Source of the DNA: Octopus sinensis
Lineage: Eukaryota
DNA: 64,000 nucleotides
Assembly (NCBI RefSeq): GCF_006345805.1
Contig: NC_043001.1
Location: 13,330,001 to 13,394,000, forward strand
Direction: 5' to 3'
Shown here piece after piece: positions 40,587 through 53,639 of the stretch. The translations under genes were made by a program, and so were the position numbers. A model generated the notes under the pieces. That model was not told where the DNA came from, did no database searches, and saw only the letters and a program-made list of their open reading frames with translations. Each line of letters opens with the position of its first letter. The first letter of the stretch is position 1.

Positions 40587-40761
40587 CACATATACATATA
40601 TACGACGGGCTTCTTTCGGTTTCCGTCTACCAAATCCATTTACAATGCTTTGGTCGGCCCGAGGCTATAGTAGAAGACACTTGCCCAAGGTGCCACGCAG
40701 TGCGACTGAACCTGAAGCCATGTGGTTGGTAAGCCATGTGGTTGGTAAACCATGTGGTTAG
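40176..40761 (-). mobile_element. SINE family A interrupted at its internal microsatellite by other repeat fragments
   Basis: 3' half at 40176-40380 and 5' half at 40590-40761. A family D-like piece and an AATTAGAGACAAAACCACTATT fragment (also at 21764) lie between. Confidence 0.8.
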
Positions 40762-41401
40762 AAATAATTATCATAATAACAACAATTATTATTTTCTCCT
40801 ACTTGAAGTGGATGTCGTGTTAGAACAGTGAATAATGTATTATTCATCCCGATAGAACCTCTTATGGTAAACCATACAACTTTCTTTGTTGTAGCAGTGG
40901 GAGATAATGTTACCTTTTGTCGTAATTAATCCTTCTGTCGTATATCACTATTTTTAAGAATGATAATTATCCTGACTATTATAATCATAATTGTTGTCAT
41001 TGTTGCTAATGTTCTTGATAGCATCGTGGGGTTTGATGTTATTGTGGTCGGTAGTGTCATTATTATCACGACAAAAACAAGCGAAGGTAACAGTTGAAGT
41101 TGTAAAAATGTATGTTACTCGGATTTAATTTCGTTCTTAAAAACGTTTCACACCTCATATAAAATTTCAGTAAATGAACTGGCAGTAACACTCGGGTTAT
41201 CCGTATAAAATTATATTGCATTATTGTTTATTAAATGTTTCGACATGTATAAAAGGATTGCAAATACAAATTTGTGCAAAAGTGTTTTCACGGAATATTT
41301 ATTGAAAAATCGTTATAGGTTTCAACAGATTTGTAAATACGAGTAGAGAGTTAGTTGAGTACATATGTGCATACGTACACACAGACAGGCACGCACGCAC
41401 A

Positions 41402-41470
<69 letters not shown>

Positions 41471-41858
41471 ACGTACAAACATAAATACATACATACGTAA
41501 TATATATATATATATATGTATATGTATTCCACCCCTTCTCCTCATCCTTCTTCTTCTTCTTGCTCTTCTTCTTCCCTACGAAGAATTCACAACGACCTCG
41601 AACTCACAAATGTAAACAAGAGAGACAGAGAAAGGCAGAAACAAGGAAAATGCCACTTATATTTGAACACTATACAAATATTCTTTAAAAAAAACTTTTC
41701 TTTAATGTTTCTAAATTTAATTATTTAATCGCTACAGTTGAAAAGGTCTCAAAATGACTGAAACCGATACTGAAATGTTCTTTATAAAATTATTTTAGCA
41801 TTTTCTATCTTGACTTGTTTTTTTATATATATCAGCTCATATGTTCCTTTTCATCCTT

Positions 41859-41891
<33 letters not shown>

Positions 41892-41894
<3 letters not shown>

Positions 41895-42120
41895 CTTTAT
41901 TACCCACAAGGGGCTAAACACAGAGGGGACGAACAAGGACAGACAAACGGTTTAAGTCGATTACATCGACTCCAGTGCGTAACTGGTACTTAATTTATCG
42001 AACCCGAAAGGATGAAAGGCAAAGTCGACCTCGACGGAATTGAACTCAGAACGTAACGGCAGACGAAATACGGCTACGCATGTCGCCCAACGTGCTAACG
42101 TTTCTGCCAGCTCGCCGCCT
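41892..42120 (-). mobile_element. SINE family B, monomer
   Basis: Complete head and body. Confidence 0.9.
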
Positions 42121-42135
42121 TGTATATACATACTT

Positions 42136-42292
42136 AGGTGGAGAATTCACGAAAAAAACGAAATACGAAGATAAGATGTGTAGAAAACAAACATATGTAT
42201 TAGTATAACGCTCTGGAATTGAAAAAGTCTTTAACGTTTCGCGCCTACGCTCTTCCACAGAAAGGAACACAAAAAGAAACAAGGAGAGAAAC
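42136..42292 (-). mobile_element. Family D short repeat with HHR-like motif
   Basis: Minus strand CTTT-CTGTGGA-A-GAGC-GTAG-GCGC-GAAAC-GTT-AAAG (42229-42264). Colinear with 62545-62680. Confidence 0.75.
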
Positions 42293-42664
42293 ATATATAT
42301 ATATATATAAACATATGTATTTAACGTATTTTAAGTAGATAAATAGACAGGGACGCATATATCTGCCACCATCTCTCGATCCATTTCTCTCTCTCTCTCT
42401 CTTTTAGAAACCTTTGTTGTCTATTTTCCTCGCCTACATTTTTGTGCAGCGGAGTAATTATCTAAGAGGCTCATAGACCATTTAGGGTCTATTTCTAGCA
42501 GAATGGTATTGTAACCATTCAGCACCCTAATTATAATTTTAATATGAAATAAACATTATGGTATTTTTAGTATTTTCAGTATGCTGGCCAGTGAAAAGTC
42601 ATTAAATAATGATTTTTCCTAATTTTGTATATATGTATATATATGCTAGAGTATGTAGAGGTTC

Positions 42665-43209
42665 GCTCTCCCTGCTAGCAATATATATTGTACATAGAGA
42701 GTGCAACGTCGCACTAATAACCAGCTGGCGGACACTCCGCCTGGGGTTAAACTATTAGTAACATGGAAGAGCTAACATGACGTGGTGAATGACTTTACCT
42801 CTAAGTATAGTTACTACCCTGATCTCTTCTTAAGATTTTACGACTAGCTATAATGCTTGTTGCAAATCAGTGACCAATGGTCACTTTGTTTACAATATAT
42901 TCCTAGCGGGAGCCAGCTCTGGCTATCGCCCTGACAAACAGGTTAACGAGACTGAGGGTGAGCCAAGCAGCTCGAAACTGAGTTAGTCTCGCGATCCAGT
43001 GTCTGCTAAAGGACGGTAGTAGTTAGCTCTCCCTGTTAGCATTATATATTGTACATAGAGGGTGCACCGTCGCACCAATGACCAGCTGGCGGAGAATATG
43101 CCTGGGGTTAAACCAATAGTAACATGTAAGAGCCAACTTTACCTGGCGAATGGCTTTACTTCTTAATATAGTCACGATTCTGATCTCTTCTTAAGATTTC
43201 ACGACTAGC
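42665..43209. repeat. 184-bp diverged direct repeat, period 361 bp
   Basis: GCTCTCCCTG...CGACTAGC at 42665-42848 and 43026-43209. Confidence 0.88.
42947..42995 (+). ncRNA. Hammerhead-like motif (A9G deviation)
   Basis: CGAGA-CTGAGGG-T-GAGC-CAAGCA-GCTC-GAAAC-TGAGTTA-GTC-TCGCG. Stem I pairs 4 of 5 bases. Confidence 0.45.
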
Positions 43210-43446
43210 AAATACTCAGAAACATGTCTCTGGATGCAGGCTTAGCTGGATGGGGGTGCTGAGCTCCCCTTTGTAAACATATAGACACAGGAGATGTGCC
43301 AAAGTCGACAGGAAGCATTGATACTTCCTAGGGCTAAATAGTGGTGGTATGATTCCCTTTATGGGACTGTCACGTTAAGTTGACAGTATACAACTTCTCT
43401 ATCGATCCATCACTGCCTATATCTCTCTGAGATATTTAGAAATTTA

Positions 43447-43500
<54 letters not shown>

Positions 43501-43501
<1 letters not shown>

Positions 43502-43892
43502 GGCGCAGGAGTGGCTGTATGGTAAATAGCTTGCTAACCAACCACATGGTACCGGGTTCAGTCCCACTGCGTGGCATCTTGGGCAAGTGTCTTCTGCTAT
43601 AGCCTCGGGCCGACCAATGCCTTGTGAGTGGATTTGGTTGACGGAAACTGAAAGAAGCCTGTCGTATATATGTATATGTATGTGTGTGTATATTTGTGTG
43701 TCTGTGTTTGTCCCCCCAACATTGCTTGACAACCGATGCTGGTGTTTACGTCCCCGTCATCTAGCGGTTCGGCAAAAAATAGACCGATAGAATAAGTACT
43801 GGGCTTACAAAGAATAAGTCCCGGGGTCGATTTGCTCGACTAAAGGCGGTGCTCCAGCATGGACACAGTCAAATGACTGAAACAAGTAAAAT
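43501..43892 (+). mobile_element. SINE family A, full length
   Basis: Head AGGCGCAGGAGTGGC, body and tail. Confidence 0.92.
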
Positions 43893-45960
43893 AAAAAAAA
43901 TATATATATATATATATTAATGTTAATACTTACCAGAAGCAAAAGAGCTGTTCAAGGCCAAGAGTTTCATGCGTTGGACCTTTCTGGACCCTTGAGTTAC
44001 TCTGTTACATCTGCTAGAATAAAAGAATATATTTATTCATATTTTGAAGATAGAAGGAAAATAGAAGAGCAGCAATTGTTTGAACTAGAAGGGGAGAGTT
44101 TAAGACGCAAAAAGAAGACAAATAGAGAAAATAAGGAAGAACAGGACGAAATAGAATTGAAGAAAAAACTTGGAAAGTAAACCAGGAAGGAACAGTAAAA
44201 GAAAGAGAGAAGAATGTAACTAGGACAATCAGGAAAAAAGGGTTAAACAAAAATATATTAATATATAAAATTACAAAACTATATAAGAACTTAATTATAA
44301 AAGAGATATCTAAACTTAATAAATGCACATAATTCACAGAAAAAAGAGAGGAACTCAAAGTGGAAAAGAGGGTGGGTGGGAGAAAGAGGGGAGAGTAAAT
44401 AATGACGGGAAGGAAGATCAGTTAATTCTTAGTCATTAACATTATTAGTGAAAACAAAGAGATAGGGAAATGAATGTAGAGTAATGTATTTTTATATTTG
44501 GGGGCGGCATTAAATGTCATCTTCAAAGCCACACATACTCTTTCAAGACGCAAATATTATAAATTCATACACCTAGACAAAAACACACGCACAGGTGGTT
44601 ATTACGACATACATTTAAATATAAAATGCTATTCGTTCGTTTCGTGTCTCTTTGGTTTCACTAATTATGCTAATGACTCAGAATTAACTGTCTCAGTGTG
44701 TTATGATCTCTTACTCTTCTCTCTCACCCACTCACTCTTTATTCTACTCTAAATGTCTGTCTTCCTTTGTATTTTAGACTATTTAATTATTTATGTTAGA
44801 TACGTATTTTATATTCATTTTACTCAAATTATTATGTTCTGTAATTTTATATCATCTTATATTTTTGTTTATCGCTGTTATGGCTGTCCAAGTTAAACTC
44901 TTCTTTCCTTCAAATTGTTTGGGTTTTTTTTGTTTATCTCCCTTTATAGTTCTTGCCTACCTCTTCCTTTTCTTCTTCATGTATCCCCTTTGACTCTCTT
45001 TCACTCTCCCCCCTCCCTTGTTGCTTAGTCCACATTTTGCTTCACAGCCAAATTCTTCCCTTCTATCCCCCTTTCAAATTGCGTATAAAACGTCTGAAAA
45101 TCACTCCCACTCCTGACATTAGTCCTCTGTAGTTCGGAGCAATAAAGTGTTCCCTGATAGATCGTTCCCCTTAAGCATCCGAATGCACTTGGGTCCCCAA
45201 AAGGAGTGTTCCAAACAACCCACTGCCTGTGCCTATCTTAATTCCTTCTCCATTCACTCTGTATTTCTTAACTAGTAATACCACTCGGTATAGGAGTTAT
45301 TTAACCTCTATACTTGAAGCAGACTTGAAAATGACAATCTACCTATTTCGTTTTACATAGTAGTAACAGCCGTTTAAAACAGGAGAAATTTTGCATGGAT
45401 AGTAAACGTGATAAATAGAGTCTTTTTACAACATACATTATTATATTCTACCACAGATACCGATTCTTATTGTTTGTGAATACATTTTTTTCTACACACC
45501 TCGATTGCATTTGCGTAAACAAATCAACTCTAAAAGACGCTCGCTTTTATATGAATCGGATATAAGGATAAAAGTTCTAATTGGTAGATTCAATTCATTT
45601 TGATTGTTCGTTCTAAAACTCTTTAAAAAATTATTGTTTTAAATCTAACAACATCATGTTCGCTAATATTTCGATCCAATTTACTATGTTAATTCATGTG
45701 CATCATAAAAAAATATGAATTTATCAATATCTCAAATTTTCACATCACTTTATCTTTTTTATCTTCCATCATTACAAAGTATAAATGATTAATCAATACG
45801 TTTTCTTCTCTTTTAATTTGTTGTTTTCTAACAAAGATACTCAACTCCACCATTACCGGATACATAAGAAAAACGTTGTACTTTAGAAAAGTTCCACATT
45901 TATGTGTGTGTGATTTTATGTAATGTATGTATGTATATATATATATTTATATATATATAT

Positions 45961-46126
<166 letters not shown>

Positions 46127-46170
46127 TATATATATATAATAGTTATATGTATATAGTTATAGTTATATAT

Positions 46171-46249
46171 AGGGAGAGTTTACGAAAAAAAACAACAAAA
46201 GACTGGTGCTGTACAAAACAAACAGCTATATTAGTATAACGCTCAGGAA
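46171..46249 (-). mobile_element. Family D 3' fragment
   Basis: AGGGAGAGTTTACGAAAAAA...TTAGTATAACGCTCAGGAATAG. Confidence 0.75.
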
Positions 46250-46272
46250 TAGTTATATATATATATGTGTGT

Positions 46273-46342
<70 letters not shown>

Positions 46343-46469
46343 AAATAATTAAGATTCAGTTGAATTAGGTACTTACGTTGAGGCACCAAGTTCCTCTGGT
46401 ATTATCCGCACAGCTCGACGTAATGTGAATAAAAGTCTAATAACTAACAAGGATATCTGGAAGCCATGT

Positions 46470-48620
46470 TATTCACTCTCACATACACTTCTTGTTGTAT
46501 TTTAACGTTGCTGCTCTGATGTTACAAGACGTTGCTTTCTTCCATAATGACTTTATTGCTGGGTGCGTTGTGTCATATAGATTTTTGGAAACACGATTTT
46601 TTTCAATAAAACGAAGGTCGAGGAATGAAAAAGTCAGTGTTTCCAGATTTTGCTTTGCCATCTTAGATATTTGCCGGCCATGTTTAAAAATGGCAGCCAA
46701 AGACATTAATCCTGCATGATTTCCCATGAAATTAAGAAAGAAAAGTGGTTAAAATAAAGCCAACGATTTCGAATATGATATTTGTAGATATGAAAACGTT
46801 ATATTTTGAGCATGGCAGCCATCGTTTTTGATAACAGCGACCCAAAATAGCCTTCTTACCAAATATTTTGATAATATACGGTAGTGCTAATATTTTACAT
46901 GTCATAATTAATTTTGAGTATTGCTTATACCACATATTGTAAAATCTTCGGGGATGATTCATATGAGTAGCTTGTGGTTGAGAAGCAAATGTTTTCTATC
47001 AATAATTATGGTCTTTCGTCTCTCTCTTTGCATGTTCTTGAATTAAGACATGGAATTTGTAGTTCAACCACATTCTAAACAAATCCATCTCGAATATCAT
47101 CTGACTGACTACAAACTATGCATCGTCTGGCAAATCAAGAAGACTAGACGCACAGTAAGATATATCCAGCTGTAGAAACATTTCAAAACTTTCCCAGTCA
47201 AATGAATACTTTGGTCGAGTTGAAAGATCCAGAGGTTTTGACAAGGGCATTACTGCAGATTATTTGATAAAACAAGAAGCATTCTGGCATAGAAAATGTT
47301 ATTCCAATGCAAACAACTCAGACCATCTGAGGAGAACAAACGGTAGATACGATGCAGCAAGAGCAAAGGAGGCAATATCACCCCATGAATGCAAGCGCAG
47401 TCGCCCATCCATTTCGTCCTCCAGTGTTCAAGAACCATCAAGAAATCAAAATCATTCCGAAGATCTAAATTCTTCTTTTTGCAAGGGAAAGAATTAGGAA
47501 AGTTACATGCATACAGCACTGATAATATTGGAAATCAAATATATGAAATTGTGCAGAAAAGCGATGAGAGCTGGAAAGTATATCATGCAGAAATCATTGC
47601 TGAGAAAGACCTCTTGTCAAAAGACGTAATGTGCCACACATTATGGTTGACAAGTCAGTGGGTAAAGTATTGTTCTCCTCCTAAAGGGTCTACAAGCACA
47701 AATGTAAGTTGTCTTACTGATACCTATTTCTTTACTACCCACAAGGGGCTAAACACAAACAGGACAAACAAGGACAGACAAACGGATTAAGTCGATTATA
47801 TCGACTCCAGCGCCTAACTGGTACTTAATTTATCGACCCCAAAAGGATGAAAGGCAAAGTCAACCTTGGCGGAATTTGAACTCAGAACGTATTGACGGAC
47901 GAAATACCTATTTCTTTACTACCCACAAGGGGCTAAACACAGAGAGAACAAACAAGGACAGATAAACGGATTAAGTCGATTATATCGACTCCAATGCATA
48001 ACTGGTACTTAGTTTATCGACCCCAAAAGGATGAAAGGCAAAGTCGACCTTGGCGGAATTTGAACTCAGAACGTAACGGTAGACGAAATATTGTCTTTCT
48101 GATACCAAAGAAAAATGTGTTAAAAGCATTGCAGGAGAAATTGTATTCTTTGCAGATTTACAACTGTCTTTAGATGGTGGCAAAATTATGTCTATAGTAG
48201 AGGTAGAGAAGTTGTACAAAGAGTGCATGACTGACCATGGTATAGATAGTGTAGAAATAAATCGTACAAAACTGACGGAAACGATTTTGAAACACTGAGA
48301 AAACATCCAATTTACAAAACCTGTTGTTCGAAACAAACATTATGAAATGCTTTTGTAAATGGTAGCTGTTTCATATTTGAAAGTGTTAAATTTGAATTCC
48401 TTGATACCAAAATGATACCATGTCTTACATAGTCCTTTGTGAATATATTAAAGAAAGTTATCAAATAATTGACTTTTTTGTCAACTATTTTATTATTGTT
48501 GCCATATATGAAAGATGGCAGGTAAAAAAATAGAAACGTCACTTTTTGTGTTCCTGGATGATATTGTTGCCAAAAAGTCGTATTTCCCAAAATCTATACA
48601 TAATTCTCACAAAACTCAAA
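46470..48620 (+). mobile_element. Putative DNA transposon remnant (superfamily unassigned) with imperfect subterminal inverted repeats
   Basis: About 46570-46670 and 48510-48600 are imperfect reverse complements (AAGATGGCA...TTCCT...CCAAAATCTATA). A broken ORF at 47050-48340 has DYKLCI, WHRKCY and DLLSKDVMCH motifs. Confidence 0.55.
47725..48090 (-). mobile_element. Headless SINE B dimer inserted in the ORF, with 16-bp TSD
   Basis: Flanked by TTGTCTTACTGATACC (47709) and TTGTCTTTCTGATACC (48091). Confidence 0.9.
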
Positions 48621-48675
48621 TTTTTGACATGTATATATATATATTAATATATATATATATATATATATACATACA

Positions 48676-49552
48676 CACGGTGTTTCAAAAATATTGATAT
48701 CATTTGAGTGAAATATCACAGATACATAGTCAAAGTAAATTAAACTAAACAGTCTTAATTAGAGCAACATAAGATTTATTCCTCCAAATTTGAATGAGAA
48801 ATTTAAAGTTATGTGGATTCCATGAACGATTTCACAAATGTTCAATATGCGCACCGCCGGAGACACGACACACGTCAAGTCAGTAGTCCAGCTCCTCCCA
48901 AGCACGCTGCAGCATGTCTTGTTTAACAGTCTCCAGTGCAGTAGTTATCATCTGTTTGAGTTCCTCTAGGTTTGCAGGAAGAGTGGGGGGCATAGAAGTA
49001 GCCCTTCACATAGCTCCATGTTTGCGCTTTTGCTTGTCATCTGCTTTTATGGCCTGAACGAAATGCAGCTTGTAGGCTTTCATTAGCAAGTGTTTCCTCA
49101 GGGCGCGCCAAGCTGCCGTTGGAGGAATCTGGGTTTCCAAACTTGTTCTTATGGATTTCTTGGGGCTTCACATGAATTTTTGGCGAACGCACTCGACCGT
49201 CTCTACCAATGTTAGTGGTCGTCCATATCCTTTGACCTTGCACAGACAGCCTTCCTGTTTCAATGTTTTGTGCCGTGTCTAAATATGCAATGTCGTTGGT
49301 GACTTTATAGAGAACTCTCTCATGCACGCTGCACAGTCTTATTCCACTGTGTTAGAGCATTCTCCAATACACACAAATCTTTTCTCTTCGACTAAATTCC
49401 CCTTCTGCACCTAAAAAGATACACATAAAAGAATTTTAAACATAAAATTTCGAACTTTTCCTATATACGCTGTTAAAATTTTAGGTCATTGGAACAAGAA
49501 CTTGCAAAGGTATTAGATTGTGAAATGTTATCAAATTTTTTGAAACACCCTG
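48676..49552 (-). mobile_element. Internally deleted Tc1/mariner-superfamily element with both TIRs
   Basis: TIRs CACGGTGTTTCAAAAATATTGATA / TTATCAAATTTTTTGAAACACCCTG|TA. N-terminal HTH-region peptides (GCLCK..GRP, SPKKSIR) join directly to C-terminal WSYVKG...LDVCRVSGGAHIEHL. Confidence 0.88.
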
Positions 49553-49583
<31 letters not shown>

Positions 49584-49684
49584 GCACGTATGCATGTATG
49601 TATATAAATATATATGAATGTATGTATGCATGCATGTATTTCTGTGTATATATATATATTTATATAAATGTATATATATTTTCT

Positions 49685-49800
49685 CGTTTCTATCGAAGAG
49701 CTTAGGCTTGAAACGTAAAATACATTCTCACTTCCCGAGCGTTAAACACTAATTCATCTGTTTGTTCTCTACACACCCGCCATTTGTTTTTTCTAAATTC

Positions 49801-49808
<8 letters not shown>
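49685..49808 (+). mobile_element. Family D copy, diverged
   Basis: TTT-CTATCGA-A-GAGC-TTAG-GCTT-GAAAC-GTA-AAA followed by the family D body. Confidence 0.7.
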
Positions 49809-49840
<32 letters not shown>

Positions 49841-49872
49841 TGCACACATACACACACATATATGTATACATA

Positions 49873-49915
<43 letters not shown>

Positions 49916-49919
49916 ATAA

Positions 49920-49965
<46 letters not shown>

Positions 49966-50555
49966 TATATATTATATATATATATATAGAATCTGCCATG
50001 GGAAAGTTATAAAAGCTTGGATTTTTCTCATTTTAGTTAATGGATAGCGTGCCTTCTGAAAACTACGTCACTCGCTCTCACATACACTTCTTGTTTTATT
50101 TCAATTTCCATGCTATAATGTTACAAGTCGTTGCTTTCCTTCATAAATCTCATGCTTTCTTTTAATTTCGATGATATAGATATGTAATTTCATTCTTCTC
50201 ACGACTTTGTGGCAGGTAAGATGTTAGAGAATATATTTAGAACTATCTTCCTGCTATACGTATCTTTTCTGTATTGACAAAGGAAGATTACTGCCATGTA
50301 TTTGTATTTAATTATAATTACATTTATCGTTAAAATAAACGTAAATCGAATTAAATTATCTTAGAAATTGATCTTTAACCCTTCTCCACAAAATTGCATT
50401 TGACGATTCTTTTCTTTTACCAGCAGCAAGTATTAAGAAAATTGTTTTAAATGAAAGACATGTACGTTTCACTCACAACATACTAGGTCAACTTAAATAT
50501 ATTGTATTTGGGCGAATACATCATCAACCAGAGAATATATATATATGAAGACAAC

Positions 50556-50822
50556 AAAACAATTTCAATGTGGAAGGTGTTTATAAGCCATTTAAGTAAC
50601 ACACTAAAACCCTTGGATTAACTTCAACATTTAAATTTAATTTTAATTTGCCGAAATATTTTCGTCACTGTTCGCGGAATTTTGTCAGTGAACCGGTCGC
50701 GGACTCAAAGTGACGAAAATATTTTGACAAATTAAAATTAAATTTAAATGTTGAAGTGAATCTAAGGGTTTTAGTGTGTTTCTTAAATCGCTTATAAACA
50801 CCCTCAACGCTGCAATTGTTTT
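50556..50822. repeat. Fold-back element: 114-bp inverted arms, 39-bp spacer
   Basis: Arms 50556-50669 and 50709-50822, roughly 90% identical by eye. Confidence 0.9.
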
Positions 50823-50869
50823 TGTTCCAGCACACGGTCTCCGATCAGGTCACTTACTATGCAAGTACA

Positions 50870-51250
50870 TCTCCGACAACAAAACAGTCATCGTTAAATT
50901 CTCCAAAGCCACTTTCCTCATCACATGACCAATAAAACTCGTTACTTGGCCCTTATCTCACCAAACAGATTCAGAGATCATCACTCCTTTAATATACTCT
51001 TTGCCCATATTATCATTAATATTTTCGTTAGTAACCACATTTCACTCCCCTACAAGCACTTTCAGATCTGATGTTATAGACCATGCCTCACTTCCATACA
51101 TTAACATGGGGTAGACAGAGTATTTCAATATACGGAATTGGGGTTTCGTGCTCAGAGTGCAGCTTCTCAACATGTTATAGGATTTTGAGATGGTGATAAT
51201 GAACTTTTTACTCTATTGGTTCACTTGATCTAATTGCCGAGAAAAGTTAC
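50870..51250 (-). pseudogene. RTE-clade LINE RT C-terminal fragment
   Basis: RILKYSVYPMLMYGSEAWS, EMWLL and FIGHVMRKVALENL. Confidence 0.75.
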
Positions 51251-51466
51251 AAGAATAGACTGTTTTTACTTCTAATAATATCGATAATTAATCCCTGTTC
51301 GATTTGTAACGCACTTGTATTGATCACGTGTTGTATGTTTTGACAGGGACGTATTGCCCCCACCTGACATAGAACCTTACTGTAATGCCCAGCGCAAACA
51401 CCAGCATCTTCTTAATGAACCTATCGAATTGTACTCTTATAAGAAATAAAGTTATTTTTAGATATT

Positions 51467-51617
51467 GTAGCTTGCTAACCAACCACATGGTTCCGGGTTC
51501 AGTCCCACTGCGTGGCATCTTGGGCAAGTGTCTTCTGCTATAGCCCCGGGCCGACCAATGCCTTGTGAGTGGATTTGGTAGACGGAAACTGAAAGAAGCC
51601 TGTCGTATATATATGTA

Positions 51618-51700
<83 letters not shown>

Positions 51701-51910
51701 TTGTGTGTCTGTGTTTGTCCCCCTAGCATTGCTTGACAACCGATGCTGGTGTGTTTACGTCCCCGTCACTTAGCGGTTCGGCAAAAGAGCCCGATAGAAT
51801 AAGTACTGGGCTTATAAAGAATAAGTCCCGGGGTCGATTTGCTCGACTAGAGGCAGTGCTCCAGCATGGCCGCAGTCAAATGACTGAAACAAGTAAAAGA
51901 GTAAAAGAGA
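51467..51910 (+). mobile_element. SINE family A, slightly 5'-truncated
   Basis: Matches family A from GTAGCTTGCTAACC onward. Confidence 0.9.
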
Positions 51911-52494
51911 GAAATAAAACAAAATCGATATTACATGTCATATAATAACACGACGTATTATACGTTTCAATAAATTGCTCTTGTCTATGCAAATGATGCA
52001 GGCCAGGAGTACACTAAAGTTTGCGACAAGTACTCTTATAATGTATAGTAATACACAATAAAGGACTATTCTTTTATATTCAGTATGTATACAGAGAGTC
52101 CAATTCCGTAATTAGGACAGATTAACTATCAACACAATGGCAGCTAATTAGATAAAATGGGTATTTGGATAAACTCTATGGGGAAAACGTGTGTACAGGT
52201 TTTACTCCATCAATAATTAAAGCAAATATTATATGTATGAAGGAAATTTAATTATATGAAACATGAATTACACGTTGGTGAAATATCTCAAATATACAAC
52301 AAATTGAATTTACCAAATCGATGCACGTCAAATTATTCCAACATATATATGAGAATATATATATATATATGCGTATGTATGTATGTATGTATATACATAC
52401 ATATACATTTATATATGTAAAAATATAGATATGTATATCTATATTACATATATATACAAACACACAGATATATATATATATGCATATATATATG

Positions 52495-52525
<31 letters not shown>

Positions 52526-52669
52526 TATATATATCTGTGTGTGTGAGTGTGGGTGTATGTGTGTATAGAAATACATATGTGTGTGTGTATAAACACGTAT
52601 ATACATACACATATATATATATATACATACATATACATACACATATATATATATACATATATATAATAC

Positions 52670-52700
<31 letters not shown>

Positions 52701-52718
52701 CATATATATATATACATA

Positions 52719-53062
52719 TATATATTAGAAAAATTGAGGTAATCAGATCAGATGGTTCATATTTGTAGATATTTATTTATATATTACATTTTTTACATAT
52801 ATATCATATCATTCGGATTAGCGCTTGCTCCCATTCTAGTGGGTTTTCAAATCAAATCAGTTGTGGGTAGTTTGAACCTTTTTATAGTTTCGTAGTATAA
52901 AAAGGTTCAAACTACCCACAACTGATTTGATTTGAAAACCCACTAGAATGGGAGCAAGCGCTAATCCGAATGATATGATATATATGTAAAAATGTAATAT
53001 ATAAATAAATATCTACAAATATGAACCATCTGATCTGATTACCTCAATTTTTCTAATATATA
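52719..53062. repeat. 344-bp near-perfect palindrome (168/167-bp arms, 9-nt loop)
   Basis: Arms are identical except for one homopolymer indel. Loop GTTTCGTAG at 52887-52895. Confidence 0.95.
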
Positions 53063-53182
53063 ATACCTGTACATCATCTCCAAACCTTCCGATACATATA
53101 TATATACATACATATACATTTATATATGTAAAAATATAGATATGTATATCTATATTACATATATATACAAACACACAGATAT

Positions 53183-53216
<34 letters not shown>

Positions 53217-53639
53217 CACATATGCATACATCTGTGTAAGTATGTATGCAGATACAGTGTAAGCCATGTTTTATGCATTTCATATTTTCATATCAGTTTG
53301 CGTTAGGGATTATCTCTATTGTAAACACGATTGCGACCTATTATCATTTATCTTTCATCTTTTACTTCTTTTATCCTTACATCTCGTAACGTAAGCTTCG
53401 GAGATTAAGTCGCAGACAATTCGAGAGATTCCTTTTTTAACATCGAACTGTCTACGCATTGAGCTTCACATATTCATATAGAAACGGTTTTATCTTTTTA
53501 TCTTTTATCGCAGACAAGCAATGCGATTTTCTCTCGGTCTTACCTGAGGAAATATTTGCAATATCCGAGTTTTGCTTATTATTGTTTATGTCAAATATGA
53601 ACTTTGTCTGTTTTTGATCTAACAGCTTTTTGCGATATT

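Noticed and set aside
45080-45150. Solo-LTR-like TATA and AATAAA pair
   Set aside because: No TG...CA ends, TSD, PBS or second copy is visible.
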